Assembly: GCF_000013905.1 (NCBI RefSeq)
Contig: NC_007969.1
Span: 990,001-1,022,000, forward strand
Source: Psychrobacter cryohalolentis K5
GTDB lineage: Bacteria; Pseudomonadota; Gammaproteobacteria; Pseudomonadales; Moraxellaceae
DNA: 32,000 bases
Reading direction: 5' to 3'
This document shows, piece by piece, positions 1 to 9,145 of this stretch (position 1 is the first letter of the stretch; each line of letters begins with the position of its first letter). A program made the position numbers and the translations under genes. The notes under the pieces were generated by a model. It worked only from the letters and a program-made list of their open reading frames with translations. It did not search any database and was not told the DNA's origin.

Positions 1-992
1 CTTATCGAGATGCCACTGGCAAAACGGTCAAAGATAAAGCCTTGCGTCAGCGCTTTGATGCTTTAGTCATACCGCCGATGTGGTCAGAAGTTTGGATATG
101 CCAAGATGATAAAGGACATCTACAATCGACAGGTCGAGATGATAAAGCGCGTAAGCAGTATTTATATCATTCAGAGTGGGATCGGGTACGTGACCAAGCC
201 AAGTTTAATGCCATGATAGGTTTTGCTGAAGCATTGCCCAATCTGCGTGCGCAAGTTGAAAAAGATTTAGAAGCCAAACCCTTATCACGTGACAATGTGT
301 TGGCAGCAGTGGTCAAATTACTTGAGACCACTTTGATTCGTATCGGTAATAGTCGTTACGCCAAGCTCAATAAAAGTTATGGTTTAAGCACGTTACGCAG
401 TAAGCATGTCAGCGAAACGGATACTGGACTGGCATTTGACTTTGTCGGTAAAAGTGCCAAAGAGCATCATATAGAATTGCAAGATGAGCGTTTGATTGAC
501 ATCATCCAAGCGTGCTCTGAGCTGCCCGGTTATCAAGTATTCAAATACTTAGATGAAGAGGGCAATAAGCAAGTCGTTGATAGCGCTGATATCAATGATT
601 ATCTGCGTACGCATACCTGTGGTAATGAGTGTGAAAGTTATAGCGGCAATTTATACAGTGCAAAAGACTTTCGTACTTGGATGGCAAGTGTATTGGCAGC
701 AAGCTACCTTTATGATGAGCTGCAAACCAAATCTGGTAAATTGATTTTAGCCAGTGCGCTCGATAGTAAAGAGCGTCAGCAACTGGTGACTGATATGGTA
801 AAAAGCGTCGCCGATGAGCTCGGCAATACCCCAACGGTCTGTCGATCCTCTTATATCAATCCTATTATTATCCAGCAGTTTTTAGCAGGGGAGTTTTTTG
901 AGCCTTATAAACAAGCGCGCCGTGGACGTACCAAACGGCATCAAAGCTGTGAAGAGAAGGCGTTACTTGGGTTTTTGAGCGCGCGACAGTAA
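1..992 (+). CDS. DNA topoisomerase IB (poxvirus/eukaryote-type), 5'-truncated by the window edge
   Basis: Frame 3 is open from nt 3 to the stop at 990-992. The track's TTG at 42 is internal, because YRDATGKTVKDKA precedes it in the same frame. The translation shows bacterial TopIB hallmarks: ALVIPPMW near the N-terminus and TPTVCRSSYINP near the C-terminus, the latter carrying the putative catalytic Tyr. Confidence 0.8.
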   Translation, partial: YRDATGKTVKDKALRQRFDALVIPPMWSEVWICQDDKGHLQSTGRDDKARKQYLYHSEWDRVRDQAKFNAMIGFAEALPNLRAQVEKDLEAKPLSRDNVLAAVVKLLETTLIRIGNSRYAKLNKSYGLSTLRSKHVSETDTGLAFDFVGKSAKEHHIELQDERLIDIIQACSELPGYQVFKYLDEEGNKQVVDSADINDYLRTHTCGNECESYSGNLYSAKDFRTWMASVLAASYLYDELQTKSGKLILASALDSKERQQLVTDMVKSVADELGNTPTVCRSSYINPIIIQQFLAGEFFEPYKQARRGRTKRHQSCEEKALLGFLSARQ

Positions 993-1084
993 ACCATTAC
1001 TAAGTAACTGTTTTTAGGGAATAATAAAAATGATACGTTATGTATTGAAATAAGTATAAAAATACGTTACTAATAGAGCATGTG

Positions 1085-1105
1085 CCATTTAAGATGTTTA
1101 AATGG
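1085..1105. promoter_or_regulatory. Perfect 8-bp-arm palindrome CCATTTAA-N5-TTAAATGG, about 90 bp upstream of the acyl-CoA synthetase start; candidate operator
   Basis: Read directly: ccatttaagatgtttaaatgg. No cognate regulator gene is visible nearby, and the AT-rich context raises the chance expectation. Confidence 0.2.
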
Positions 1106-1194
1106 TTGATCAAATATAGCTGTTTTACGATTTATTCTATTATTTCTAACTCTCTGATTTTGTCAGTGATTCTCGATTGCTAAAGGATTAGCTT

Positions 1195-2916
1195 ATGAAT
1201 ACCTCTCCTTCAAGTACTACCTCTTTAAACACCCCTTCAAATCATGCTGTAAATACCTCACAGGCGCTAACGAGTTATAGTGACTATTATAATAATTTTG
1301 ATATGAACGCATTACTGACAGAGATATTTGGTGAAAATGTAGATGATCGTTTAAACGCCTATATGGCGTGCTGTGGACGTCATGTACGTGACGGTCGCGG
1401 TGATAATATTGCGCTAGTTCATGAAGATACGGCTGGCAATGTCACGCGTATGAGCTTTGCTGAGCTTGATAAAGCAAGTGCACAGGTTGCCAGTTTACTA
1501 CTTTCTTATGGCGTGCAAGCGGGTGACCAAGTGGCAACTATGCTACCGCGTACCCCTGAGTTACTCACCATTGTATTAGCCACTTGGCGGATTGGCGCAG
1601 TCTATCAACCGCTGTTTACCGCCTTTGGTTATGATTCGATTAAGTATCGAATGGACAAAGCTAATACTAAAGTTGTTTTTACCAATCAAGACAATCGTGG
1701 CAAGTTTGACGACTTGGCGAAGCAAACCAAAATGGTGTTGGTTGGTAGCAAGGTAGATGCGCAAAGCTGGGGTGATGATAACTATGCTGACAAGATATCA
1801 AAGCAGCCACAAACTATAGAATCAGTGTTACTAAATACCGATGCACCATTTTTACAGATGTTTACCTCGGGTACGGTTGGTAAGTCAAAAGGCGTTAGTG
1901 TGCCACTAAGCGCACTTTCGGCTTTTTATCTGTACATGCGTTATGCAATTGACCTGCGCGCGGATGACAACTACTGGAATATGGCAGATCCAGGCTGGGC
2001 GTATGGGTTATATTATGCGATTACTGGGCCATTATTATTAGGTATTACTACCTATTTTAATGAAGCGGGCTTCGATGCTGCCAATACCCGCGACTTTATG
2101 GTACGCCATAAAATTAGCAATTTGGCGTCTTCACCGACTGCATTTCGTATGATGAAATCGAGTGGCGTATTTGAAGCTGCTCACAATGACGCAGCGGCTA
2201 AATTATCACTGCGCTGTGCCAATTCAGCAGGCGAGACCTTAAATACCGAAGTGGTCAATTGGGTTGAGACCTACTTAAACTGCAAGGTTTGTGATCAGTA
2301 CGGACAGACCGAGACAGGAATGACCTGCTGTGAGCACCATGCATTGGCACATGACTGTCCAGTAGGCTCGATGGGCATGGCGCTACCGGGGCACACATTG
2401 GTGGTGTTAGATGATGATATGAATATATTACCTGATGGCGAGCAAGGACAGCTTGCCGTAGTGGTCAGTCAATCGTCCGCGTTTTATTTCCGCGGCTATA
2501 GCTGGAATGAAAAAGATGCCTTCGCTGATGACTATTATTTAACAGGTGACGTGGTTGAGCGTCATAGTGATGGCAGCTATTGGTTTTCAGGGCGTGATGA
2601 CGACATTATCATTACAGCAGGTTACCGCGTTGGACCAACCGATGTTGAAAACACAGTGCTTGAGCATGAGGCAGTCGCAGAGTCAGCGGCAGTTGGGGTG
2701 CCAGACGAAGTGCGTGGTCATACCATTAAGTCTTATGTGGTGCTAAAAGATGGTATCAAAGGCACAGACGAGATTGCTAAAGAGATTCAAGACTTGGTAC
2801 GCAGGCGTCTATCAACTCATGCTTATCCACGTGAGGTTGAGTTTGTGAAAGAGTTACCAAAAACCCCAAGTGGTAAAATTCAGCGCTTTTTGCTGCGCAG
2901 TTTATCTGCGGCTTAA
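1195..2916 (+). CDS. AMP-dependent synthetase/ligase (acyl-CoA synthetase family)
   Basis: 573-aa ORF. It carries the AMP-binding motif FTSGTVGKSKG, the YGQTE core, GDVVERHSDGSYWFSGRDDD and a C-terminal PKTPSGKIQR. An SD-like AAAGGA lies upstream of the ATG. Confidence 0.85.
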   Translation: MNTSPSSTTSLNTPSNHAVNTSQALTSYSDYYNNFDMNALLTEIFGENVDDRLNAYMACCGRHVRDGRGDNIALVHEDTAGNVTRMSFAELDKASAQVASLLLSYGVQAGDQVATMLPRTPELLTIVLATWRIGAVYQPLFTAFGYDSIKYRMDKANTKVVFTNQDNRGKFDDLAKQTKMVLVGSKVDAQSWGDDNYADKISKQPQTIESVLLNTDAPFLQMFTSGTVGKSKGVSVPLSALSAFYLYMRYAIDLRADDNYWNMADPGWAYGLYYAITGPLLLGITTYFNEAGFDAANTRDFMVRHKISNLASSPTAFRMMKSSGVFEAAHNDAAAKLSLRCANSAGETLNTEVVNWVETYLNCKVCDQYGQTETGMTCCEHHALAHDCPVGSMGMALPGHTLVVLDDDMNILPDGEQGQLAVVVSQSSAFYFRGYSWNEKDAFADDYYLTGDVVERHSDGSYWFSGRDDDIIITAGYRVGPTDVENTVLEHEAVAESAAVGVPDEVRGHTIKSYVVLKDGIKGTDEIAKEIQDLVRRRLSTHAYPREVEFVKELPKTPSGKIQRFLLRSLSAA

Positions 2917-3003
2917 TAAAGCAATACATTCATATCGTCAGGTTAAGATAAAAATCGATAACTGATAAAAATAACAGTGAAAATATCAATTAAAGGAAAA
3001 ATT

Positions 3004-3795
3004 ATGCAAATTGAACAACACAGCTTTTTGGTCACGGGCGGTGCGTCAGGTCTGGGTGAGTCGGTAGTGCGTGCTATCGTGGCTCAAGGCGGCAAGGTTG
3101 TCATCGCTGATCTTAATGAGTCGATGGGGCAAGCACTGGTTGATGAATTGGGTGACCATGCTCGTTTTGTACGCTGTGATGTGACCAGTGGCGATGAGGT
3201 ACAAGCGGCTGTGGATATGGCTGAAAAAGAATTTGGCGGCTTACAAGGTTCTATCAACTGTGCAGGTATTGCCGTTGTGCAAAAGCTGCTGGACCGTGAT
3301 AATAACCCAGCAAATCTCGATGCTTTTAGTCGCGGCGTCAATATTAATCTTGTTGGTTCCTTTAATGTCGCGCGTTTGGTCGCAGCGAGTATTGCGAAGC
3401 GTGTAGCCAATGCCAATAACGCAGACAGCTCCGTAGAGAAGAACGCTGATAATGGCGTCATTATTAATACGGCTTCTATCGCGGCTTTTGATGGGCAAGT
3501 AGGGCAAGCAAGCTATTCATCGTCTAAAGCTGGCGTCGTTGGTCTGACCTTGCCGCTAGCGCGTGAGCTGGCGCGTCATGGTATTCGCGTTATGACCATC
3601 GCACCTGGTGTTTTTGCCACACCGATGATGGATACTATCCCTGAAAAAGCGCGCGAACAGCTAGAGGCCGGTGTTCCTTATCCAAAGCGTTTAGGCAATC
3701 CAAATGAGTTTGCTAAATTGGTCACGCACATTATTGATAATGCCTACCTAAATGGTGAAGTGATTCGCCTAGATGGCGCAATTCGTATGGTGTAA
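3004..3795 (+). CDS. SDR-family 3-hydroxyacyl-CoA dehydrogenase type 2 (HSD17B10-like)
   Basis: Motifs: TGGASGLG, NCAG, and the catalytic Y-x3-K in ASYSSSKAG. The C-terminal half (GVIINTAS..GQVGQA.YS.SK..V.G.TLP.AR.L...GIRVMTIAPG.F.TP...LNGEVIRLDGAIRM) is near-collinear with human HSD10 as I recall it. I placed the start at the ATG at 3004, which has AAAGGA 6 nt upstream, rather than the track's GTG at 2977. The gene is probably co-transcribed with the synthetase. Confidence 0.85.
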   Translation: MQIEQHSFLVTGGASGLGESVVRAIVAQGGKVVIADLNESMGQALVDELGDHARFVRCDVTSGDEVQAAVDMAEKEFGGLQGSINCAGIAVVQKLLDRDNNPANLDAFSRGVNINLVGSFNVARLVAASIAKRVANANNADSSVEKNADNGVIINTASIAAFDGQVGQASYSSSKAGVVGLTLPLARELARHGIRVMTIAPGVFATPMMDTIPEKAREQLEAGVPYPKRLGNPNEFAKLVTHIIDNAYLNGEVIRLDGAIRMV

Positions 3796-3854
3796 GGTGA
3801 TTTTAGATTTTGATTGCAGCAAATTTACCCTTAATTCATAAAGCTTGCACAAAC

Positions 3855-3882
3855 TTGGCATAGTATTTTGCTATCTTATAAA
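3855..3882 (+). promoter_or_regulatory. Candidate sigma-70 promoter (TTGGCA-N16-TATAAA) for the L,D-transpeptidase gene
   Basis: Hexamers read directly, about 45 nt upstream of the ATG at 3927. Sequence match only. Confidence 0.3.
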
Positions 3883-3926
3883 AGATGGTTTTATCAATGA
3901 GCGCTTACCCTTAAGAAGCAAAAACT

Positions 3927-4490
3927 ATGTCTTTTTTCAATATAAATAGTAAATATTCACATTGGTTATTTATCGTCATAGGTTTTAGCCTCGCTATCAT
4001 GACTAGCACGAGTGCCATTGCTGCTGAGGGTGTTTCAGAGAACAAACAAGCCATGCTTAACAATATTATGATTGATAAAGTTTTTGTCGATAAATCCGCT
4101 CGCACCCTGCAGTTGCTAAGTGATAATAAAGTTATCAAATCCTATCACATTGCCTTGGGCGGCAATCCTGTCGGTCATAAGCAGCAACAAGGTGACAAAC
4201 GCACTCCGACAGGTTCTTATATACTCGATTATAAAAATGAAAAATCTAAATTCTATCGCTCTATTCATGTCAGCTATCCTAATGCGGCGGATAAAGCCCG
4301 TGCCAAATCACGAGGTATTAGTCCCGGCGGCGATATTATGATTCATGGCCAGAAAAACGGTTTTGGGCATTTGGCAGCGATAAATCAGCAACGCGACTGG
4401 ACCGATGGCTGTATTGCCGTTACCGATAATGAGATGGATGAAATCATGGCGGCTGTAGAGATTGGTACACCTATCGAAATTGTGGAATAA
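3927..4490 (+). CDS. L,D-transpeptidase (YkuD domain), secreted
   Basis: N-terminal signal peptide (WLFIVIGFSLAIMTSTSAIAA). YkuD catalytic region IHGQKNG....WTDGCIAV with the His and Cys. Confidence 0.8.
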   Translation: MSFFNINSKYSHWLFIVIGFSLAIMTSTSAIAAEGVSENKQAMLNNIMIDKVFVDKSARTLQLLSDNKVIKSYHIALGGNPVGHKQQQGDKRTPTGSYILDYKNEKSKFYRSIHVSYPNAADKARAKSRGISPGGDIMIHGQKNGFGHLAAINQQRDWTDGCIAVTDNEMDEIMAAVEIGTPIEIVE

Positions 4491-4831
4491 GCACCTTGTT
4501 AACGTATGTTTATTCAGCTCATATTTAACGTACTTTCTACTTTTATAGATATTTCTAAATCACTCATTTAAGGTTTTTTCGATAATTTATTCATACTCTT
4601 AACATACTCATCTCTTTCTTTCTGAAAAATCCCAAACTTCCTATTTTTTCTTTTCTATCTTCCCTTGAAATCTCCCATAAATGTGCCTATTAATGCTTTA
4701 TCGTCATATCATTGTTATAAGTAAGGTTTATATCGATAAGGTGATATATTAGTGTTTTGTATGGTCTATTTAATTGAAAGCAACTGACAGTCATAAGCTA
4801 CTAAATATTATTGATAAAAGTTAAATTTACA

Positions 4832-4859
4832 TTGAAATATTACTTAACAAACCCGATAT
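4832..4859 (+). promoter_or_regulatory. Candidate sigma-32 heat-shock promoter for clpB (TTGAAA-N14-CCCGATAT)
   Basis: Close match to the E. coli sigma-32 consensus CTTGAAA-N13-15-CCCCATNT, about 95 nt upstream of the clpB ATG. clpB is a classical sigma-32 regulon member. Confidence 0.45.
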
Positions 4860-4954
4860 AGATAACAACGAAAAGCTTAAGGCATCTTAATACTTATAAA
4901 AAGCCGCAGCTACTATCAGATATAAAATATTATTAATTATAAGAGGAAACAAAT

Positions 4955-7552
4955 ATGAGATTCGAGAAGTTTACCCAAAAGTTGCAATCTGCCATTCAAG
5001 AAGCACAAAGTCTGGCGTTAGGGCGCGACCATACGGGAATAGACCCTGTGCATTTGCTAGCAGTCTTGCTACAAGATGAGTCTAATTTGTCTATTTGCCA
5101 GCAAGCGGGCGCCTCTATTCCTGCGCTAAAAAATGGCGTGGCAAAAGCGCTCGACAACCAAGCAACGATTAGTGAGCCAACAGGAGACGTTAATCTAAAC
5201 CCAAATTCAGTCAAAATTCTGAACTTGGCAGACCGCCAAGCACAAAAAGAAGGTGATGATTTTATCGCCACCGAATGGGTAATGTTGGCACTGGCTGAAC
5301 AAGGCGATACCAAAAAGGTATTTGAAAGTGCGGGTGTTACAGCCAATAAATTGAAAGCCGTGATTGAGCAATTACGCGGTGATGATACCGTGAATAATCA
5401 AAACGCTGAAGATCAGCGTGATGCCCTCAATAAATATACGATTAACTTAACGGAGCAAGCAGAGCTAGGTAAGCTTGATCCTGTGATTGGTCGTGACGAA
5501 GAGATTCGCCGTACCATTCAGGTGTTGTCGCGCCGTACCAAAAATAACCCTGTGCTTATTGGTGAGCCGGGTGTTGGTAAAACGGCCATTGTAGAAGGTT
5601 TGGCTCAAAAAATTATTAATGGTGATGTACCAGAAGGTTTACGTCGCAAAGAAGTGCTGTCGTTGGACTTAGGTGCGTTAATTGCGGGGGCAAAATTCCG
5701 TGGTGAGTTCGAAGAGCGACTTAAAGCGGTACTTAGTGACTTATCGAAGCAAGAAGGTAACGTTATCCTATTCATCGATGAGTTGCATACTTTAGTAGGT
5801 GCTGGTAAAGCAGATGGCGCGATGGACGCTGGTAATATGCTCAAACCAGCGCTTGCTCGCGGTGAGCTGCACTGCGTCGGTGCGACGACTTTAGATGAAT
5901 ATCGTAAGTATATTGAAAAAGATGCAGCACTTGAGCGTCGTTTCCAAAAAGTATTGGTTGATGAGCCAACGGTCGAAGACACCATTGCGATATTGCGTGG
6001 TCTAAAAGAGCGCTATGAGCTTCATCATGGAGTCGATATCCAAGACAGCGCCATCATTGCTGCTGCGCGGATGAGCCATCGTTATATTACTGATCGCAAG
6101 TTACCGGATAAGGCGATTGACTTGATTGATGAAGCCGCCAGTCGCTTACGTATGGAGATGGACAGCAAACCTGAATCTTTAGGTAAGCTCGATAGCCGTC
6201 TGATACAGCTAAAAATGCAGCGCGAAGTACTCAAAAATGAAGAAGATGCTGGTGCGCAAGCAGAGCGTAAAGTGCTTGATGCACAAATTGAAGAGTTAGA
6301 GAAAGAATACGCTGATCTCAACGAGATCTGGCAAGCAGAAAAAGCTTTGGTCAAAGGCAGTCAGCAGCTAAAAGACGAGCTGGACAAAGCGCGTATTGCT
6401 TATGATAAAGCCAGTCGTGAAGGCGATTATGAGATCATGAGTAAGCTACAATACGAGACGATTCCGCAGTTAGAGCGCCGTATCCATGAGTCTGACCTGG
6501 CAGAGCAAAAAGAGCAGACTGGTGAAAATAGTGGTGTAAAACTGCTGCGTAACAAAGTCACGGATAATGAAATTGCTGAAGTCGTTGCTGCAGCGACGGG
6601 TATTCCAGTCAGTAAAATGATGCAAGGCGAGCGTGATAAGATGCTGGCAATGGAAGAAAAACTCCATGAGCGCGTCATCGGTCAAGACGAAGCAGTTGAA
6701 GCGGTAGCCAATGCGGTACGCCGTAGCCGTGCTGGCTTGTCTGATCCGAATCGTCCTTCAGGTTCATTCTTATTCTTAGGACCTACGGGTGTCGGTAAGA
6801 CTGAGCTGACCAAGTCATTGGCGAACTTCTTGTTCGATAGTGAAGATGCTATTGTACGTATCGATATGAGTGAGTATATGGAGAAGCACAGCGTCAGCCG
6901 CTTGGTTGGTGCCCCGCCAGGCTACGTCGGTTATGAAGAAGGTGGTGCCTTGACTGAAGCGGTACGCCGTAAACCTTATAGTGTGATTTTGTTTGATGAA
7001 GTTGAAAAAGCGCATCCTGATGTGTTTAATATCTTGCTACAAGTGTTGGATGATGGTCGTTTGACTGACTCACAAGGTCGTGTCGTTGATTTCAAGAATA
7101 CTGTGATTATTATGACCAGTAACTTGGGTTCGCATAAAATCCAAGAAATGGTCGGCGAGAGCTATGAGGATATCAAAGCTGAAGTGATGGATTCAGTTGG
7201 GCAGCATTTCCGTCCAGAGTTTGTCAACCGTATCGATGAGATCGTGGTATTCCATCCACTAGGTATGTCGCAGATGGCAGGTATTGCTGCGATTCAGTTA
7301 AACCGCTTGCGTCAGCGTTTATATGAGCGTGAGTTAGATATCGAGTTATCAGCAGAAGCGATGAATAAGCTGGTTGCGGTTGGTTATGATCCTGTTTATG
7401 GCGCGCGTCCACTCAAGCGTGCCATTCAGCAAGAGATTGAAAACCCATTGTCATTGAAGCTGCTGGCAGGTGACTTTGTTGCTGGTGATATCATCAAAGT
7501 CGATGTCGGTGTGGATGATAAGCTGACATTTGATAAGCTTAGAATGAGCTAA
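4955..7552 (+). CDS. clpB: ATP-dependent chaperone/disaggregase ClpB
   Basis: 865 aa with two AAA+ modules (Walker A GEPGVGKT and GPTGVGKT), a coiled-coil middle domain, and near-collinear identity to E. coli ClpB as I recall it. AAGAGGAAA SD upstream. Confidence 0.97.
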   Translation: MRFEKFTQKLQSAIQEAQSLALGRDHTGIDPVHLLAVLLQDESNLSICQQAGASIPALKNGVAKALDNQATISEPTGDVNLNPNSVKILNLADRQAQKEGDDFIATEWVMLALAEQGDTKKVFESAGVTANKLKAVIEQLRGDDTVNNQNAEDQRDALNKYTINLTEQAELGKLDPVIGRDEEIRRTIQVLSRRTKNNPVLIGEPGVGKTAIVEGLAQKIINGDVPEGLRRKEVLSLDLGALIAGAKFRGEFEERLKAVLSDLSKQEGNVILFIDELHTLVGAGKADGAMDAGNMLKPALARGELHCVGATTLDEYRKYIEKDAALERRFQKVLVDEPTVEDTIAILRGLKERYELHHGVDIQDSAIIAAARMSHRYITDRKLPDKAIDLIDEAASRLRMEMDSKPESLGKLDSRLIQLKMQREVLKNEEDAGAQAERKVLDAQIEELEKEYADLNEIWQAEKALVKGSQQLKDELDKARIAYDKASREGDYEIMSKLQYETIPQLERRIHESDLAEQKEQTGENSGVKLLRNKVTDNEIAEVVAAATGIPVSKMMQGERDKMLAMEEKLHERVIGQDEAVEAVANAVRRSRAGLSDPNRPSGSFLFLGPTGVGKTELTKSLANFLFDSEDAIVRIDMSEYMEKHSVSRLVGAPPGYVGYEEGGALTEAVRRKPYSVILFDEVEKAHPDVFNILLQVLDDGRLTDSQGRVVDFKNTVIIMTSNLGSHKIQEMVGESYEDIKAEVMDSVGQHFRPEFVNRIDEIVVFHPLGMSQMAGIAAIQLNRLRQRLYERELDIELSAEAMNKLVAVGYDPVYGARPLKRAIQQEIENPLSLKLLAGDFVAGDIIKVDVGVDDKLTFDKLRMS

Positions 7553-7584
7553 TCGTTCATTTTAGCCCTTGACCCGAAACTAAG

Positions 7585-7628
7585 CCCCTTATTTGCCCAT
7601 TTTTTATACCGGCAAGTAAGGGGTTTTT
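7585..7628 (+). terminator. Rho-independent terminator of clpB
   Basis: 13-bp stem CCCCTTATTTGCC / GGCAAGTAAGGGG (one G-U pair), followed by TTTTT. Confidence 0.7.
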
Positions 7629-7730
7629 ACTTTGTGCGCCATCATTATTTTTACTCTTGCCATACTTAGATTATGTTATAAATAATCTAAGCTCTAATTA
7701 TATAAATATAAAATTTATGGAGATAAAAGA

Positions 7731-8978
7731 ATGATAATAATAAATAGGCAGTATATGAGTAAACCATTAACGTTACCGATAATTATCACAGCATTACTGT
7801 TTAGTACTTCTGCTTGTTCAAATCAATCTGCCACTGATACCAATGCCGATTTGGCAAAATATCAAGAAGCTGAAACCTCAGTAGCAGATGTTGCAAGTAC
7901 GGACAAACCTGCCTTTACCACAAAAGCCGTTGCCACCTTTGATGAGCCATGGGCAATGACTGCATTACCTATCGTTAGTAATAAACCATCAAAACTGCTT
8001 GTCACACAAAAGACAGGCGAATTATTCATTGTTGATACGGCAACAGGTACTAAGACAGAAATCGCTAGCGTGCCTAAAGTCGCTTACGGGGGACAAGGCG
8101 GTCTTGGTGATATTATTCTTGCACCAGATTTTGTTACCTCTAACAACGTATATATCAGCTACGTTGAGGCAGGCACTGGTGATGATAGTAATAAATTTGG
8201 TGCAAAAGTCATTAAAGCCAAACTATCAGGTTTGGATACTGATCAACCAAGTTTGCAGAAGATGGTCCCAATTTGGCAGCAGACGCCAAAGGTAGATGGG
8301 CAAGGGCATTACAGCCACCGTTTATTATTTTCACCTGATGGGCAATATTTATATATCAGCTCAGGCGAACGTCAAGAAAAACCTCCTGCTCAAGACATGA
8401 CTGTCAATTTGGGAAAAATAATACGGTTAAATACTGACGGCTCGATGCCAATGGACAATCCATTTGTGAGTAATAATGACATCGCTGCTCAATTTTGGAG
8501 CATAGGACATCGTAATGTACTCGGGATGGCATTCGATAGTAAAGAGCAGTTGTGGGCGCATGAAATGGGTCCACGAGGTGGTGATGAGTTCAATCTGATT
8601 GAAAAAGGTAAGAATTACGGCTGGCCAATCGTATCAAATGGTCGCAATTATTCTGGTGTGGATATTCCTGATCACAGTACGCGTCCTGAGCTTGAAGCAC
8701 CCAAAATCACATGGACACCAGTCATATCCCCTTCATCAATAAGTATGTATTCGACTGGTAAGCACAATGATTTTCCGGCGTGGCAAGGTAATGCGCTGAT
8801 CAGTGGTTTATCCTCCAAAGCGCTGATAGTTGTTAATTTCGATGAAAATAATGGTGCGACTGAGCGCTATCGCTATGATATGGGCGAGCGTATTCGTAGT
8901 GTACTGGTTGCAGATGGGCAGGTTTGGGCGCTTGAAGATGGTAATGGTGGGCGATTACTGAGACTATCGCCTAAGTAG
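7731..8978 (+). CDS. PQQ-dependent sugar dehydrogenase (soluble aldose/sorbosone dehydrogenase, YliI-like), lipoprotein
   Basis: Lipobox LLFSTSAC. Beta-propeller family motifs GGLGDI, SIGHRNVLGMAFD and GPRGGDEFNLIEKGKNYGWP. GGAG SD 7 nt before the ATG at 7731. Confidence 0.8.
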   Translation: MIIINRQYMSKPLTLPIIITALLFSTSACSNQSATDTNADLAKYQEAETSVADVASTDKPAFTTKAVATFDEPWAMTALPIVSNKPSKLLVTQKTGELFIVDTATGTKTEIASVPKVAYGGQGGLGDIILAPDFVTSNNVYISYVEAGTGDDSNKFGAKVIKAKLSGLDTDQPSLQKMVPIWQQTPKVDGQGHYSHRLLFSPDGQYLYISSGERQEKPPAQDMTVNLGKIIRLNTDGSMPMDNPFVSNNDIAAQFWSIGHRNVLGMAFDSKEQLWAHEMGPRGGDEFNLIEKGKNYGWPIVSNGRNYSGVDIPDHSTRPELEAPKITWTPVISPSSISMYSTGKHNDFPAWQGNALISGLSSKALIVVNFDENNGATERYRYDMGERIRSVLVADGQVWALEDGNGGRLLRLSPK

Positions 8979-9145
8979 GATCGTGCTAAAGTTGTTTTTA
9001 TTTGTATAGTTATTTAGTTATTCTAAAAAAAATTATTAATTTATTTAGAAAAAATTAAGGGTTTTATCAAGTTTTAATTTGTAATTGATTGATACTTAAA
9101 GCCTATTTTGTTAAGGTGATGTTCCTTAAATTTTGAGACTTGCAC

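Noticed and set aside
3824-3914. A 10-bp direct repeat TTACCCTTAA occurring twice (3824-3833 and 3905-3914) upstream of the L,D-transpeptidase gene.
   Set aside because: It is an exact but short repeat with only two copies and no symmetry. It could be chance or a minor regulatory site, and there is nothing further to support it.
4664-4692. A perfect CTTGAAA heat-shock -35 element further upstream of clpB.
   Set aside because: No acceptable CCCCATNT-like -10 lies at 13-15 nt. CCCATAAA is only 3 nt away, and gCCTATTA at 15 nt is a poor match. The site would also imply a leader of about 265 nt. The 4832-4859 site is much better.
4996-7412. Several long antisense ORFs inside clpB (for example 4996..5346, 5605..5985, 6082..6354, 6427..6678).
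   Set aside because: They lie entirely within a strongly conserved gene on the opposite strand. Their composition is low-complexity and Ser/Ala/Arg-rich, typical of shadow frames, and no SD or start context is visible. The same reasoning applies to the shadow ORFs inside the synthetase, SDR, metK, nth, rnfB, dnaQ, ldcA, araC and ACAD genes.
9117-9136. Mini-ORFs upstream of both BCCT genes (GTG ATG TTC CTT AAA TTT TGA, and GTG AGC CCC TTC AAA AAC TGA at 11062-11082) as possible leader peptides.
   Set aside because: The only SD-like element (AAGG) abuts the putative start with essentially no spacing, and the peptide sequences are not conserved. A DNA or RNA structural motif is more likely.
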